NCBI GenBank assembly: GCA_964016885.1
Contig: OZ024754.1
Coordinates: forward strand, 38,440,001-38,504,000
Reading direction: 5' to 3'
Source: Eledone cirrhosa
Taxonomy: Eukaryota
DNA length: 64,000 nucleotides
Under the pieces are notes generated by a model that was not told the DNA's origin, did no database searches, and saw nothing but the letters and a program-made list of their open reading frames with translations. Numbering within the stretch: position 1 is the first letter of the stretch; every line of letters begins with the position of its first letter. This document shows, piece after piece, positions 1 through 13,032 of this stretch. Made by a program: the position numbers and the translations under genes.

Positions 1-576
1 AGATTACACTTTGCATATTTTTCTAGATGTGATCATAGTCACATATTTAGGATTATTCATAATTATAAATTTTGTTTTAGTACTGATATAGTTAAGACAG
101 AGATTAGTATTACATTTTCTGTTCTAGGTGTGTTGTTTAAATATATAATTAACTTGCATATTAGTAATTAACAAATTCTGAACTTGTGTTCCCAGATGTG
201 ATGATATAGTTAAGTGACAGATTAGTTATCTGCTTACAATATGTTTTCCACATATGTTTGGTATAGTTGTCATGTTGGAACATTATGGATTAGTATTTGA
301 TTAAAATTAATCATGTCTAAAACATGAATTTCATTAATTACTCATCTCTATGGCTTCAAGGTAATTTAATTCTATAAGTGCCATCATATATAAAATATTT
401 ATAAATAATGGCTTACATATGTTGCCACAGACAAAAGCTTCTATTGAGCTGAGCTCAAGTTACAGCTCTGATATTGCTGTATTAGCTTATTTCATTTAGT
501 TCAAGGGTCAACATATATCTAAACGAAGCCCCATAATACAATGTTATGGATACAGCTTGTTTTATTAATGTTCATT

Positions 577-803
577 CTAAGTCTTTAGCATTTACATTAC
601 TCTATATTTACTATTGTATTTTCATGGTAAACACTTAATTTCACATAATTATCTGACATAATATCGAATCTGAGATTTTGATATTATTTATTTTAAGAAC
701 AATATTTTAACATCAGTATCAGCGGCCAGTTATTGCTGGTTTGAACAGAAAGAGGTGAGAGAATTCTGACCGGATACAGCCAGTGTAAATGCTAAAGGGT
801 TAA
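577..803 (-). mobile_element. piggyBac-type MITE family A (~225 bp)
   Basis: Ends TAAATGCTAAAGGG-TTAA; left end is degenerate; body matches 9 other copies in the window. Confidence 0.8.
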
Positions 804-888
804 CATAGAAAATGTATTTCAATAAAATATATGTTCTTTTGTTATGTTACTTTGAAAATAAAGTAAAGTAAGTTAAAGATGTGATTGT

Positions 889-1245
889 GAATACAAGTGG
901 CCGAAATGGGGTTCCTCCGAAGGGTCTTTTAAGTATTGTTACTCGATAGAGTGCATAGCTTGGAGATCAGAGATTCACTCCAGATAAAGCTGCTACCTCT
1001 CTGAATTGAGAAATCACAGCTCCGATATACTATGGATATGTGGTTAGAATGTCTCAGGAAAGAATTGCTGAACAGATTTTATGGACAAAACAAACCGGTA
1101 GGAAACCCTGGAATAGACCCCAAGCAAGTTGGTTGGAAAACATCCATGATCAGTTGGAGACGGTTGCTTCTGTCAGGACCCACTGGAAAGAGTGTTTGAT
1201 GACTCTGCCCCCATGACCCTCTCAGGAATAAGAGGTCAAAGAAGA
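889..1245 (+). mobile_element. RTE-clade (Rex3/Expander-like) LINE 3' fragment, degenerate
   Basis: Translates with frameshifts to IQVAEMGFLRR..LLDRVHSLEIRDSL..IEKSQLR..YGYVVRM..TGRKPWNRP..W..TLPP, typical of the RTE ORF C-terminus. Confidence 0.75.
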
Positions 1246-1424
1246 GGCAGTATCGGTAGAGAGTCGGACACCATGCTTTGAATCATAGTTACGTCCCTTT
1301 ATGATCTGAGTTCAAATCCTGCCGAGGTTAACTTTGCCTTTCATCCTTACAGGGTTGATAAAATAAAGTACCAGTAATGCACTGGGTAATTGCTGGCCTT
1401 GTGCCTAAAATAGAAACAATTATT
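1246..1424 (+). mobile_element. SINE family A
   Basis: A-box-like GGCAGTATCGGTAG, B-box GAGTTCAAATCC, core GCCTTTCATCCTTACRGGGTYGATAAAATAAAGTACCAG, ATT tail. Confidence 0.85.
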
Positions 1425-1433
1425 TCAATATTA

Positions 1434-1503
<70 letters not shown>

Positions 1504-1512
1504 GATATATAT

Positions 1513-1668
1513 ACACACTGTAAACATGGTTGGTGTTAGGAAGGGCATCCAGCCGTAGAAAACCCGCCAGATAGTCCTATAAGAGCAAGACAACCAATCT
1601 TGCCTCACATGGGACAATTCTCGTCTAAACCCATGCTAACGTGGAAGATAGACGTTAAATGATGATGA

Positions 1669-1670
<2 letters not shown>
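1513..1670 (+). mobile_element. 5'-truncated RTE/SINE-B 3' tail inside (TA)n
   Basis: GGTTGGTGTTAGGAAGGGCATCCAGC...AACCCATGC...GACGTTAAATGATGATG matches the LINE 3' end at 18380-18552. Confidence 0.75.
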
Positions 1671-1727
<57 letters not shown>

Positions 1728-1819
1728 TGTGTGTGTATATATATATATACACCTGAGGGTGGAGTCTTCGACTTGGCCTGAGCATGGACTCAAACTCAAA
1801 TGAAATGAAATATATATAT

Positions 1820-2154
1820 GGAGTCACATGGCTTAGTGGTTAGAGCATTGGCCTTGCAATTGAAAGGTTGTGAGTTCAATTCTCAGACCGGGTGATGTGT
1901 TGTTTCCTTGAGCAAGACACTTTATTCCACATTGCTCCAGTTTACTCAGCTGTAGAAATGAGATGATAGGGACTGGGGTCCCTATCATTCCACTGCAAAG
2001 TGGTCGTGGAGGTGCCACGAAAAAAAAGCACCCAGCACTCACTGTAAATGAGGTTGGTGTTAGGAAGGGCATCCAGCTGTAGAAATCAAGCCAGAATCAG
2101 TTCCCGTCCCACCCTTGCAAGCAGGGAAAAGCGGACGTAAAATGAGATGATGAT
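1820..2154 (+). mobile_element. SINE family B, full length
   Basis: tRNA-like head TGGCTTAGTGGTTAGAGC..GAGTTCAATTC, CORE-like TCCTTGAGCAAGACAC, RTE-type tail ending in (GAT)n. Confidence 0.88.
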
Positions 2155-2188
<34 letters not shown>

Positions 2189-2208
2189 GATATAGATATA
2201 TATATTAT

Positions 2209-2390
2209 AAAGAGTCGGGACCCCAACAGCTGAGCTCTTGCCATTTCAACAGCTAGTTCCAGAGTCTGGAAGTAGCTGTTGAAATGGCCAGAGCTTAGCC
2301 GTCTGAGTGTCAACTCTTTATATTATAATCATACTCTACAACTCTGTTGTGTAATGGTTTAACCAGTTTCAAACTGAATCCATCCTGATT
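2209..2390 (+). mobile_element. Fold-back element family H (hairpin plus 3' tail) between microsatellites
   Basis: Imperfect ~50-bp inverted repeat (AAAGAGT..CAGCTGAGCTC..TTTCAACAGCT / AGCTGTTGAAA..GAGCTTAGCCG..ACTCTTT); homologous to copies at 16.8k, 51.5k and 60.7k. Confidence 0.65.
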
Positions 2391-2622
2391 TATATATGTA
2401 TGTATGTATGTATATGTATGTGTGTATTTATTTATGTATGTGTGTATATGTATGTATGTATATGTGTGTATGTATGTATATGTGTGTGTGTATATATGTA
2501 TGTGTATGTGTATGTATGTATATGTGTGTGTGTATATATGTATGCGTATGTGTGTATATGTATGTGTGTGTGTGTATATATGTATGCGTATGTATGTGTG
2601 TGTGTGTATATATGTATGCGTA

Positions 2623-2666
<44 letters not shown>

Positions 2667-2765
2667 TGCGTATGTGTGTATATGTATGTGTGTGTGTGTA
2701 TATATGTATGCGTATGTGTGTATATGTGTGTGTGTGTGTGTATATATGCATGCGTATGTATATAC
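2391..2765. repeat. Compound (TA/TG/TATG)n microsatellite
   Basis: Seen directly in sequence. Confidence 0.95.
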
Positions 2766-3109
2766 AGACTACTTGAATCAGTTTAGAGAAGTGTGCTGCA
2801 ACACTAGTGAACTTCGTCAGTGTTGTTTACAGGAGAAGAGAAGGAGGTGAGAGAGGTCATCTGATAAAGAACTGTTCTATTTATAAATAAATAATTTCCA
2901 TTGCTGTAGTGTTGAAATCAATTGCAGATATTTCTAACAAATACCTAGTCTCACACGCGGTTTGCCAGATCAATTTCATGAAAAGGCAGCAGAAAATTTT
3001 CTAAAAGTAGCAGATACTGTTAGAATGTAGAACCAAAATGATGAAAAAAAATGTTAGTAAGTTGGTATGTTGATAATTTAATATGGTTTAGTGGTTAGGG
3101 GTGGGTTTA

Positions 3110-3465
3110 CAATCATGGCCATCGTCCCATTCCACAGTGGTAAACTCCTCACCTGGGATTTCACATGCAGCGACACTTTCTCCAGCAGCAACCTGGTGCA
3201 GCCTGTGACTAATCCAGGCTCTGCTGCACTTCGGGCCGAGAAGGGTAAACTCTCCAAATATCGGTCGCTCTCCGACAGGTTTGTGGTCAAGCCCGTAGAA
3301 GTTAAGACTTCTGGTGACCCTGGTCCTATGGCCATCTCCCTACTCACCACCATCGGCACAGAGTTGGCTACCCTTCATGTGTGAGCCTTGTGAGCTGGAA
3401 TGGCTCTTCCAACACGTCCCCCTCACCATCCTTCAGGGAAACGCCTTCTCTATTCTGTCCCCCCG
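3110..3465 (+). mobile_element. CRE-like non-LTR retrotransposon, C-terminal restriction-like endonuclease region
   Basis: PFHSGKLLTWDFTCSDTF..PGSAALRAEKGKLSKYRSL..FVVKPVEVKTSG..WLFQHVPLTILQGNAFSIL fits the PW..G..L.WD.T..DT..AE..K..KY..ET.G..QRGNA pattern. Confidence 0.75.
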
Positions 3466-3899
3466 GGGCCACAGAACAGTGAGTGAGAGAGAGAGAACAT
3501 CAATACTTATTTACTTATATATATTATATATTGTTTATCTTTATTTTATTCATTTATTTACTACAAGGTGATCATGATGTGATTTTGAATCCTGGAGCGG
3601 ACGCTGTGTTGTGTCCTTAAGCAAGACACTTTATTTCATATTTCTATAGTTCATTTGGTTGTAGAATTGAATTGGGACGTCACTGGTACCAAGTTGTATA
3701 AGGCTTTGCTTTTCCCTGAGACAGCAATGGTGGTGTAAAGGGGAGATACTGGTATGCAATGGCTGACTGCTGGTCTTCCACAAAAACACCTTACCTAGAC
3801 TCGTGTCTCGGAAGGGAACTTTCCCTGTTCAAATCCCATGGTCATTCTCAATCGAAAAGGGTCTTTATCCTTTCACATTATTCAATAATATCTTTACCT

Positions 3900-4765
3900 T
3901 TAACTCTTTCCATACCAAACAACCTGAAACTGCCCATCATTCTATGATATAAAACTAATCATTTTAAAGGGCTTGTATAAATATATTAACACCTCCCATC
4001 ATTCTATGATATAAAACTAATCATTTTAAAGGGCTTGTATATATATATATTAATACCTCCCATCATTCTATGATATAAAACTAATAATTTTAAAGGGCTT
4101 GTATATATATATATTAATACCTCCCATCATTCTATGATATAAAACTAATCATTTTAAAGGGCTTGTATAAATATATTAACACCTCTAATCATTTTAAAGG
4201 GCTTGTATATATATATTAACACCTCCCATCATTCTATGATATAAAACTAATCATTTTAAAGGGCTTGTATATATATTAACACCTCCCATCATTCTATGAT
4301 ATAAAACTAATCATTTTAAAGGGCTTGTATATATATTAACACCTCCCATCATTCTATGATATAAAACTAATCATTTTAAAGGGCTTGTATATATATATAT
4401 TAACACCTCCCATCATTCTATGATATAAAACTAATCATTTTAAAGGGCTTGTATATATATATATTAACACCTCCCATCATTCTATGATATAAAATTAATC
4501 ATTTTAAAGGGCTTGTTTATATATATTAACACCTCCCATCATTCTATGATTTAAAACTAATCATTTTAAAGGGCTTGTATATATATATTAACACCTCCCA
4601 TCATTCTATTTAAGAAATGTTTGTTAAATAATGTTTCAAGCATCAGCTTAATAATGAGAAAGCTAGTTATTCTATTGACTTCCTTCATATCTTTGATTGT
4701 TTTAAAAATAAATGAAAACACATTGGCAGTGTTTTTCATTAGAAATATGATAACAAAAAGGTTAA
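3900..4765 (+). mobile_element. piggyBac-type MITE family B with internal minisatellite
   Basis: TTAACTCTTT...AAAAGGTTAA termini; 3' part CATTAGAAATATG matches other family B copies. Confidence 0.7.
3934..4608. repeat. ~60-64 bp minisatellite, ~11 copies, with a variable internal (TA)n
   Basis: Unit CCCATCATTCTATGATATAAAACTAATCATTTTAAAGGGCTTGTATA(TA)nTTAACACCT. Confidence 0.95.
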
Positions 4766-4817
4766 AAATTGAAATCTTAATGTAACAAGTATCCTACATT
4801 AAAGGAAGAGTAGCATG

Positions 4818-5030
4818 TTGTCCTGAACAAATAGCATAATCTGCTTACTTGTAGCCCAGCCTGGCTACCCTGCACATGCATTTACACACATACACACGCA
4901 TACATACACTTTCACACACATAGTACACCCATGTACATATGCATGTATGTAATGTAAATTGCCTTAATTCATATAAATTATACATACTTCCTTGTGCTGA
5001 CCCTTCTCACCCTATCTTCTCTTTTGCTCT
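4818..5030 (+). repeat. ~210-bp dispersed repeat; inverted partner at 7258-7465
   Basis: TTGTCCTGAACAAATAGCATAATCTGCTTACTTG... is present as the reverse complement at 7258-7465. Confidence 0.85.
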
Positions 5031-5451
5031 ACTTTATTTTTAAAAAAACAAAAAAAAAACACTCCCCCTTCTTTTCTCTTAACTTCCACCTTACTCCCCC
5101 CTCCTTTTTTTTCTCATTTTGCTCTTCTATTTTCTCCTTTTCTATTTTCTCCTTTTCGTCCCTTCTTTTTCTCAGTTTTCCCTCTTTTTTTTATCCATCT
5201 TCCCTCCTCTTTTGTTTCCTTTGTCTTTTTTCTTTTCTTTTAGTCTTTCTTTTTCCCATTTCTTTCCTTCTCATTCTCTCTCTCTGTTTTCCTTCTTTCC
5301 CACTCTTCACTTCTTACTCTCTTTATTTAAACACCCAAAGTATATATTTTAAGTTCAAAAAGTCAGGATAGGAAAAAAAAACCCCAAAAAACTTTCACTA
5401 GAGACAGACACCACCACCTACAAGTTTTACTCTAGACTGTTACTACCGGGT

Positions 5452-5880
5452 TGCCACTACCATTTCCAACACCACTAACACCACTTCCAACACCATCACC
5501 ACCACTTCCACCACTTCCACCACCACTTCCACCACCACTTCCACCACCACTTCCACCACCACTTCCACCACCACCACTTCCACCACCACTTCCATCACCA
5601 CCACTTCCATCACCACCACTTCCATCACCACCACTTCCATCACCACCACTTCCATCACCACCACTTCCATCACCACCACTTCCATCACCACCACTTCCAT
5701 CACCACCACTTCCATCACCACCACTTCCATCACCACCACTTCCAACACCATCACCACCACTTCCATCACCACCACTTCCAACACCACCACCACTTCCAAC
5801 ACCATCACTTCCAACACCACCACCACCACCACTTCCATCACCACCACTTCCAACACCATCACCACCACTTCCAACACCAT
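5452..5880. repeat. CAC-rich 12-15 bp tandem repeat (CACCACCACTTCCAT)n
   Basis: Seen directly in sequence. Confidence 0.95.
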
Positions 5881-6660
5881 CTAACAAGAAATAAATCTGT
5901 GGTGAGATAAAAAAAAAGGAAAAAAAAACGATGTTAGTCAATAACTAATATTATTTTCTCATTTTTGCAGCATGTGAGGCAGGGGTGGACATGTTTCTGC
6001 CCTCTTCTCAACTCCTCAGCAAAGCATAACCTCCTTGTTCTTATCAAAGGAGTTATGAAGTAAATGAATTAGATTGTACAGTCACTGGTATATAAAATAG
6101 ATTTCTATTGAGATTAAGTAATTCAATGTGTGTGTGTGAGTGACTTCATATCAATATGTACAGCCTCTGACTGTAGAATTGACAAGTTTATTAGTTTGCA
6201 GTTGTTGGTTTATAACTTGTTGAGGATTATAACTTATAGGAAGATAAGCTCTAGTTGGCTGACTTTTCTTAACTACATAATGAGGAATCCTTCCCATAGT
6301 CACACAACCTGCTAGAAATAGCAGCCAAATCTCAAACCACACACTAAAGTCTTTAAAAAGACACATTGGATAATGTAGTCTGGGTACACAATCCCTGCTC
6401 ATTCCCTCACCAATACAGGGAAGTCTTTGCTTGAATGCCTTTTATCATAAGTCTACTCCATCAGAGCTGACTTGGTTCTAAACAATAACAACAACACACA
6501 AACACACTTAGTCTGAAAGGAAGGGCATGTACATATAGGCTTTTCAGGCCCTCCTATACTGGAAGGTAAAAAGAAAATACATTAACATCTCCTTTGTCCT
6601 GAGATGCTCTTATGAGATTGTGTTTAGCTCTAGTTTCTTAATAGGAAGTAGATGAGAAGT

Positions 6661-7035
6661 GAAGGCACGTGGCTTAGTGGTTAGAGTATTGGGCTTGCAA
6701 TCGAAAGGTTGTGAGTTCAATTCTCGGACCGGGTGATGTGTTGTTTCCTTGAGCAAGACATTTTATTTCACATTGCTCCAGTTTACTCAGCTGTAGAAAT
6801 GAGATGATAGGGACTCCACTGCAAAGTGGTCGTGGAGGTGCCACAGCAAAAAAGCACCCAGCACTCACTGTAAATGAGGTTGGGGTTAGGAAGGGCATCC
6901 AGCTGTAGAAATAAAGCCAGAAAATAGTTCCTGTATGAACAAGACAAGGTCAGCTGACTGGACACTGCTCACAACAGGACAACCCGTCTAACCCATGCTA
7001 GCGTGGAAGAACGCATGTAAAACAGTGAAGATGAT
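6661..7035 (+). mobile_element. SINE family B
   Basis: Head and body near-identical to 1820-2154; different tail variant. Confidence 0.88.
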
Positions 7036-7494
7036 GAGAGACAGATCTCCCCTAGATAGATAGTTGGCCTGTATCAGGTAGCATTCCCAGAATGATGTGC
7101 TTTTTGTACCTGGCAACTAAGTTAACTGGTAGAATCAACAATAATAATATGCCACATATGTTTGTATATATGATTACATCTATCATATGAATGAGCAAGA
7201 CAGGGTCGATAAAATAAAGTACCAGTCATGCACTGGTGTCGGTTTAATCGACTTTTTGCAGAGCAAAGGTGAAAATAGGGTGAGAAGTGTCAGCACAAGG
7301 AAGTGTGAGTAATTTATATGAAGGGAATTTACGTTACATACATGCATATGTATAGTGTGTGAAAGTGTGTGTGTGCACATGCATGTGTGTATGTGTGTAA
7401 ATGCATGTGCAGGGTAGCTAGACTGGGCTGCAAGTAAGCAGATTATGCTATTTGTTCAGGACAACAGGCAGGATGGATAGAGGGTCATTATTAT

Positions 7495-7864
7495 GGATTG
7501 GCAGTATCGGTAGAGGGTCGGACGCCATGCTTTGCAGCATGGAGTTACGGCCCTTTACGTTCTGCGTTCAAATCCCGCCGAGGTTAACTTTGCCTTTCAT
7601 CCTTACAGGGTCGATAAAATAATGTACCAGTAGTGCCCTGGGGTCGATTTAATCGACTCCCCCTCCCCTCTTATCCAAGATTGCTGGCCTTGTGCCTAAA
7701 TCAGAAGCCATTATTATTATTAAGATATTCTTTCCTTTACGGTTTGAGTTCAAATCCCGCTGAGGTTAACTTTGCCTTTCATCCTTACGGGGTCGATAAA
7801 ATAAAGTACCAGTAATGTACTGGGTAATTGCTGGCCTTGTGCCAAAAAAGTAGAAACAATTATT
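7495..7864 (+). mobile_element. Two tandem SINE family A copies (second is 5'-truncated)
   Basis: Family A consensus present twice. Confidence 0.85.
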
Positions 7865-8199
7865 TGTTATTTAAATATTGATACCCCGTCTAACCCATGC
7901 TAGCGTGGAAAATGGACATTAAACAATGATGATGATGATGATGATGATACTTCAAAACAAGAGGTTTGTTATCATAGAATTGGGATGGTTCTGGGCATTT
8001 GAATTTCAAGCAGACTAATTGTTGAAGGCATCCATGGGTTGGAGATGAAACTCCAGAGTTTATTCTGAAAAAGCGCAATTAGGGTTTGGGGGATGTGAGA
8101 TAAGGAAAAGACTGAGTTTACATTCACTTAGTGAGTCCAGATGTTGTTCAGGAGATAAAGGGGGATACATAGTGTACAGGTCTTTATTGATTTCCAGAG

Positions 8200-8812
8200 A
8201 ACCACCACCACCACTACCACCACCTCTACCAACAACAACATCACAGTCACCATACCACCACCACCACCTCTACCAACAACAACATCACAGTCACCATACC
8301 ACCACCACCACCACCACCACACCACCCCACCACCACCAACATTACAACCCCCACCCCACCCCCACCACCACCACCAACAACACTCCCACCAACAACATTA
8401 CAACCCCCCCCCCACCCACCCCCCACCACCACCATTACAACCACTACACCACCACCACCAACACACCACCACCACCAACACCCCACCACCACCAACATTA
8501 CCACCACCACCATTACAACCACCACACCACCCCCACCACCACCACCAACAACAACACCCCCCCACCACCACCAACAACAACACCCCCCCACCACCACCAA
8601 CAACATTACAACCACCACAGCACCCCCACCAACATTACAACCCCCCCCCCCCACCACCACCAGCAACAACATTACAACCACCACAGCACCCCCACCACCA
8701 CCAACATTACCACCACCACACCACCCCCACCACCAACAACAACAACACCCCCACCACCACCAACAACATTACCACCACCACCACTACCACCAACAACAAC
8801 AACACCCCCACC
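8200..8812. repeat. (CAC/CAA)n low-complexity repeat
   Basis: Seen directly in sequence. Confidence 0.95.
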
Positions 8813-9067
8813 ATCTTTCATCATCACGCATGAGAATAAATTAACGTTGAATTCAAACTATTTTTATTGTATTTAGAGCTTAGTCAGAGGATGAATGGCC
8901 ATGACACTGTCTTTTGTTGGGTCCCAGAGACTTGGAGGGAGGGAGAAGAGGAAAAAGTCATGACTCATAAATTACACTTTAAATTTTGACGTCCTGTACC
9001 ACATGAAACCGCATTAGCAAAGACATTCTTGAAAAACTATATAACACTGACTGCATAAGATTAAAAA

Positions 9068-9296
9068 TTAACCCTTTAATGTTCAAACCGGGCAAAACCG
9101 GCCAGAATTCTCTACCTCTTTCTGTTGAAACTGGCTGTAACTGGTCGCTCAAATTGATGTTAAGATATTGTTCTCAAAATAAATACTTTCAAAATCTCAT
9201 AGATTCGATATTATGTGAGATATTATGTGAGATAAAGCCTTTACCATGAAAATATAATAGTATATATATAGAGTAATGTGATTGCTAAAGAGTTAA
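9068..9296 (+). mobile_element. MITE family A nested in a MITE family C copy (~8985-9395)
   Basis: TTAACCCTTTA...TAAAGAGTTAA; the flanks join into family C sequence. Confidence 0.85.
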
Positions 9297-9522
9297 AGCC
9301 TTTACGCTATTCGTACAAATTTTCACAATGATCTGTCTAGTAGTAAAGATACTACACACATTTGAATTATTTCCTGCTAAATCCTTACAGGATTTCTGTA
9401 TATATTTTATGCATGAGTAGAGATTTATTTCTATGAAAGTATGTATGTATTTGACTGTTGTATATGTATATGAATGAAGATTTATTAATAGAACAGTATG
9501 TTTGTGTTTGATTTCTGACAGT

Positions 9523-9762
9523 TTAACCCTTTAATGTTCAAACTGGCCAAAACTGGCCAGAATTCTCTACCTCTTTCTGTTGAAACTGGCTATAACTAGT
9601 CGCTCAAACTGATGTTAAGGTATTGTTCTCAAAATAAATACTTTCAAAATCTCATAGATTTGATATTATGTGAGATATTATGAGAGATAATTATCTGAGA
9701 TAAAGCATTTAACATGAAAATATAATAGTATATATAGAGTAATGTGAATGCTAAAGGGTTAA
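9523..9762 (+). mobile_element. MITE family A
   Basis: TTAA-CCCTTTA...TAAAGGG-TTAA. Confidence 0.9.
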
Positions 9763-10263
9763 GTGTATGCATGATAGGCAGTCCTTAAAGTGTTGAATAG
9801 AATGCTTTGTGGTATTCGTTCCAGCTTTCATCCTTTCATGGTTGATTAAAAAAATTTCATGGGGGCACACATTGTATCCTTGAGCAAGACACTTTATTTC
9901 ATGTTGCTCCAGTTCACTCAGCTGCCAAAAAATGATTTTTTACCTGTAATTCAAACTGCCAGTTTTGTCACACATTATCATGGTGAATCTCCCTGAGAAC
10001 TATGCTAAGAGTGTGTATGTTAGTGGAATGCTCAGCCACTTACATGTTAATTTCATCAGCTTGCTGGTCCATTGTTGAAACAACTGAAACATGTCAGTGG
10101 AAATGATGGAGGTCCAACATTTTATATCAAGGTGTGCATTACCCTGGGTCTCTTTCCATTCTAAGGCCAACCCTTTTGGGACAATATTTGTAAATGTTTC
10201 AATTAATTAATGGAGAATTTTGAAGGATTTACTCAAATTATTTAATTCTTTATTAGTTTAGGG

Positions 10264-10484
10264 TGGTGGAGTGGCAGTATCGGTAGAGCGTTGGACAACA
10301 TTTTGTGGCATATAGTTATGGTCCTTTATGGTCTGAGTTCAAATCCCACTAAGGTTAACTTTGTCTTTCATCTTCGCAGGGTCGATAAAATAAAGTACCA
10401 GTAACACACTAGGGTTGATTTAATTGCCTTTCCCCTTCCCTTGAAATTGATCTCCTTCTATCAAAAGTAGAGACAATTATTATT
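10264..10484 (+). mobile_element. SINE family A
   Basis: Matches family A consensus. Confidence 0.8.
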
Positions 10485-10652
10485 TCATTACTAAGATAGT
10501 AACATATGGTTCTCGTATAAAATTATTTTGGAAGATTAACCCTCTCCTGATCCTATTTCTAATCAAATATACTGTTTCAATTAATAAAGAAGTTTTAGGG
10601 ATTCATTAAAATTAGTAATTATTTCAGTACTAAGATGTTGGAAGATTTTAAT

Positions 10653-11139
10653 TTAACCCTTTAGTATTTAATCCAGTTGTATCCGGCCAGAATTCCCCCA
10701 ACCATTTCTGTTCAAACTGGCTGTAACTGGCCACTCATACTGATGTCAAGGTATTGTTCTCAAGATAAATAATTGTTTCTACTTTAGGCACAAGGCCAGC
10801 AATTACCCAGTGCATTACCAGTACTTTATTTTATCGACCCCGTAAGGATGAAAGGCAAAGTCAACCTCGGCGGGATTTGAACTCAGATCGTAAAGGGACG
10901 TAACTCTATGCTGGAAAGCATGGCGTCCGACCCTCTACCAATACTGCCAATCCAAATAAATAATATCAAAATCTCATAGATTCAGTATTATGTGAGATAT
11001 TATGTGAGGTAAAGACTTTACTGCGAAAATATAATAGTAAATGTAGAATAATAATAATCATCATCATCATCATCATCGTTTAACGTTATCTTCCACGCTA
11101 GCATGGGTTAGATGGGTAATGTAAATGCTAAAGAGTCAA
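10653..11139 (+). mobile_element. MITE family A interrupted by SINE A (10771-10953, minus) and a SINE-B/RTE tail (~11055-11116)
   Basis: MITE halves are collinear around the inserts; ARATAAATAAT is duplicated around the SINE. Confidence 0.8.
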
Positions 11140-11449
11140 ATAGGAACCTTTCAAATGGATGGTTCTGTTTCAAAAAATCGGAGCCTCTTATGGCCTGGTT
11201 AGTATTAGAAGAGTTAAAGAGTGTGATTTTGAGGAAGATTTAGCTGCTATTTTTAACATACCATGAGGTCATAGTGTTACAAGTTGCATGCCCCTGCTCC
11301 AGTATCTGTGTGTGTGTTGAGAGAGGCTGATAAGAGGAGGGTATACTACCATTATCGTGCATGGAAGCTGTCTTTCTGTCAGGTGCACAGTGCATGTTCT
11401 ATTAGTTTTAGAAATCAAATTTAAGTACGGTGCATAGCAACTGTGGATT

Positions 11450-11925
11450 GTGTGTGTGTGTTGTGTTGTGTGTGTATGTGCTTGTGTGTGTGTGTATGTG
11501 CTTGTGTGTATGTGCTTGTGTGTATGTGTTGTGTGTGTGTATTGTGTATGTGTTGTTTGTGTGTATGTATGTGTATGTGGTGTATGTGTTGTATGTGTAT
11601 GTTTTGTGTGTATGTGTTGTATATGTATGTATGTGTTGTGTATGTATATGTATGTATGTGTTGTGTATGTATATGTATGTATGTATTGTGTATGTATGTG
11701 TATTTATGTATATGTATGCATATGTATGTGTTGTGTATGTATGTGTTGTGTATGTATGTATGTGTTGTGTATGTATGTATGTATGTGTGTGTATGTATGT
11801 ATATGTATGTATGTGTATGTATGTGTTGTGTATGTATGTATGTATATGTACGTATGTATGTGTTGTGTATGTATGTGTCGTGTATGTATATGTATGTATA
11901 TGTATGTGTATATATGTATGTATGT
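11450..11925. repeat. Compound (TG/TATG)n microsatellite
   Basis: Seen directly in sequence. Confidence 0.95.
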
Positions 11926-12630
11926 GGTTTTGTAAATCTTCTCACTGCTATTGTTTTGTTTTTTGTTTTTGTTTTTACATTGATTCTTCTCAAGATTTTT
12001 TTAGAGAAAATGTAAAACAAAGCAACTAAAATACTACTTAAATTCTCCTCATATTACCTCTTTCTCTTAGCATTCATAGATAAACTTGTTAAACCTTTCT
12101 TTTTCTCGCAGTCTTTTCTTGTTTTTATTATAGATTTTTCCATGCTAGCACAAGTTGGAGGGTCTTTGTAAATTTTAATATTCGTTTAGAAGTAGCATTT
12201 CTATTTTTTTTATATTTTTTTTTTACCAAATATTTACTGCTGGACGTTTGTCCTTTTATACCATCAACTATGTAGGTATAAACCCATAACACTTGGTATA
12301 TAGGGGCGCCATAATGTCATACAGCATTTCTTGGGCATTTTTTTAAAACCTTGTGAAGCCCATCCCTTCTCCAAGTCTGAAAACACCCAATTTCTTTCAG
12401 AGAAGGGGAGAGAAGAAGTGAGAAAGAGATATAGAGGAAGAAACGACCCCAGTACTTGACTGGTACTTTTTTTTTTATCGACCTCAAAAGGATGAAGGGC
12501 AAAGTTAACCTCGGCAGGATTTGAACTCAGAGTGCTCAGAGCTGGAGTGAATACCACAAAGTATTCTATCCGATGTTCTAATGACTCCATTAATTTGCCG
12601 CCTATATGCCATCTACTACTCAACTGTAAA

Positions 12631-12871
12631 TTCATTCTTTTGATGCCAACTCACCTGAAACTGCCAATGGTTCTGTTATAAAACTGTTTATTTTAAAATG
12701 TTTATATTTATCTAAAAACCTTCCATCATAAATCTATGTAAGAACTTTATGTTCTAAACACCAGATTAATAATGAAAATATTTATGTTCCTGATTTGCTC
12801 CAAATTCTTGATTATTTGAAGATCATAGACAGTGTTGTCTTTCATTAGAAATATGGTAATGAAAGGGTTAA
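12631..12871 (+). mobile_element. MITE family B
   Basis: Ends CATTAGAAATATGGTAATGAAAGGGTTAA. Confidence 0.7.
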
Positions 12872-13032
12872 TGTTAACATTTGCTATTAATATTTAGCAG
12901 TGTGCAGCAAAAATGTAATTAGAAATATTATCATCATCATTTATCATCTGTTTTCCCTGTTAGCAAGGTAAGGAAATAACATTAGCTCAATGTCAAATAT
13001 CATTTTAATTATTTGGGCAAGTACAAAGGACA

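Noticed and set aside
1820-1895. tRNA gene
   Set aside because: It is the tRNA-derived head of a multi-copy SINE and continues into the SINE body
2770-2825. CTGACGA motif on the minus strand beside a microsatellite
   Set aside because: GAAA core is absent (TAAA) and stems are unconvincing
5941-6065. Possible exon (ACTAAT..TTTTTGCAG acceptor, GTAAAT donor)
   Set aside because: No recognisable peptide, weak donor and no partner exons found
5432-8876. Extensin-like or Gly-rich ORFs (also 45912-47094 and 48400-49281)
   Set aside because: Artefacts of CAC/GGT and 27-bp repeats
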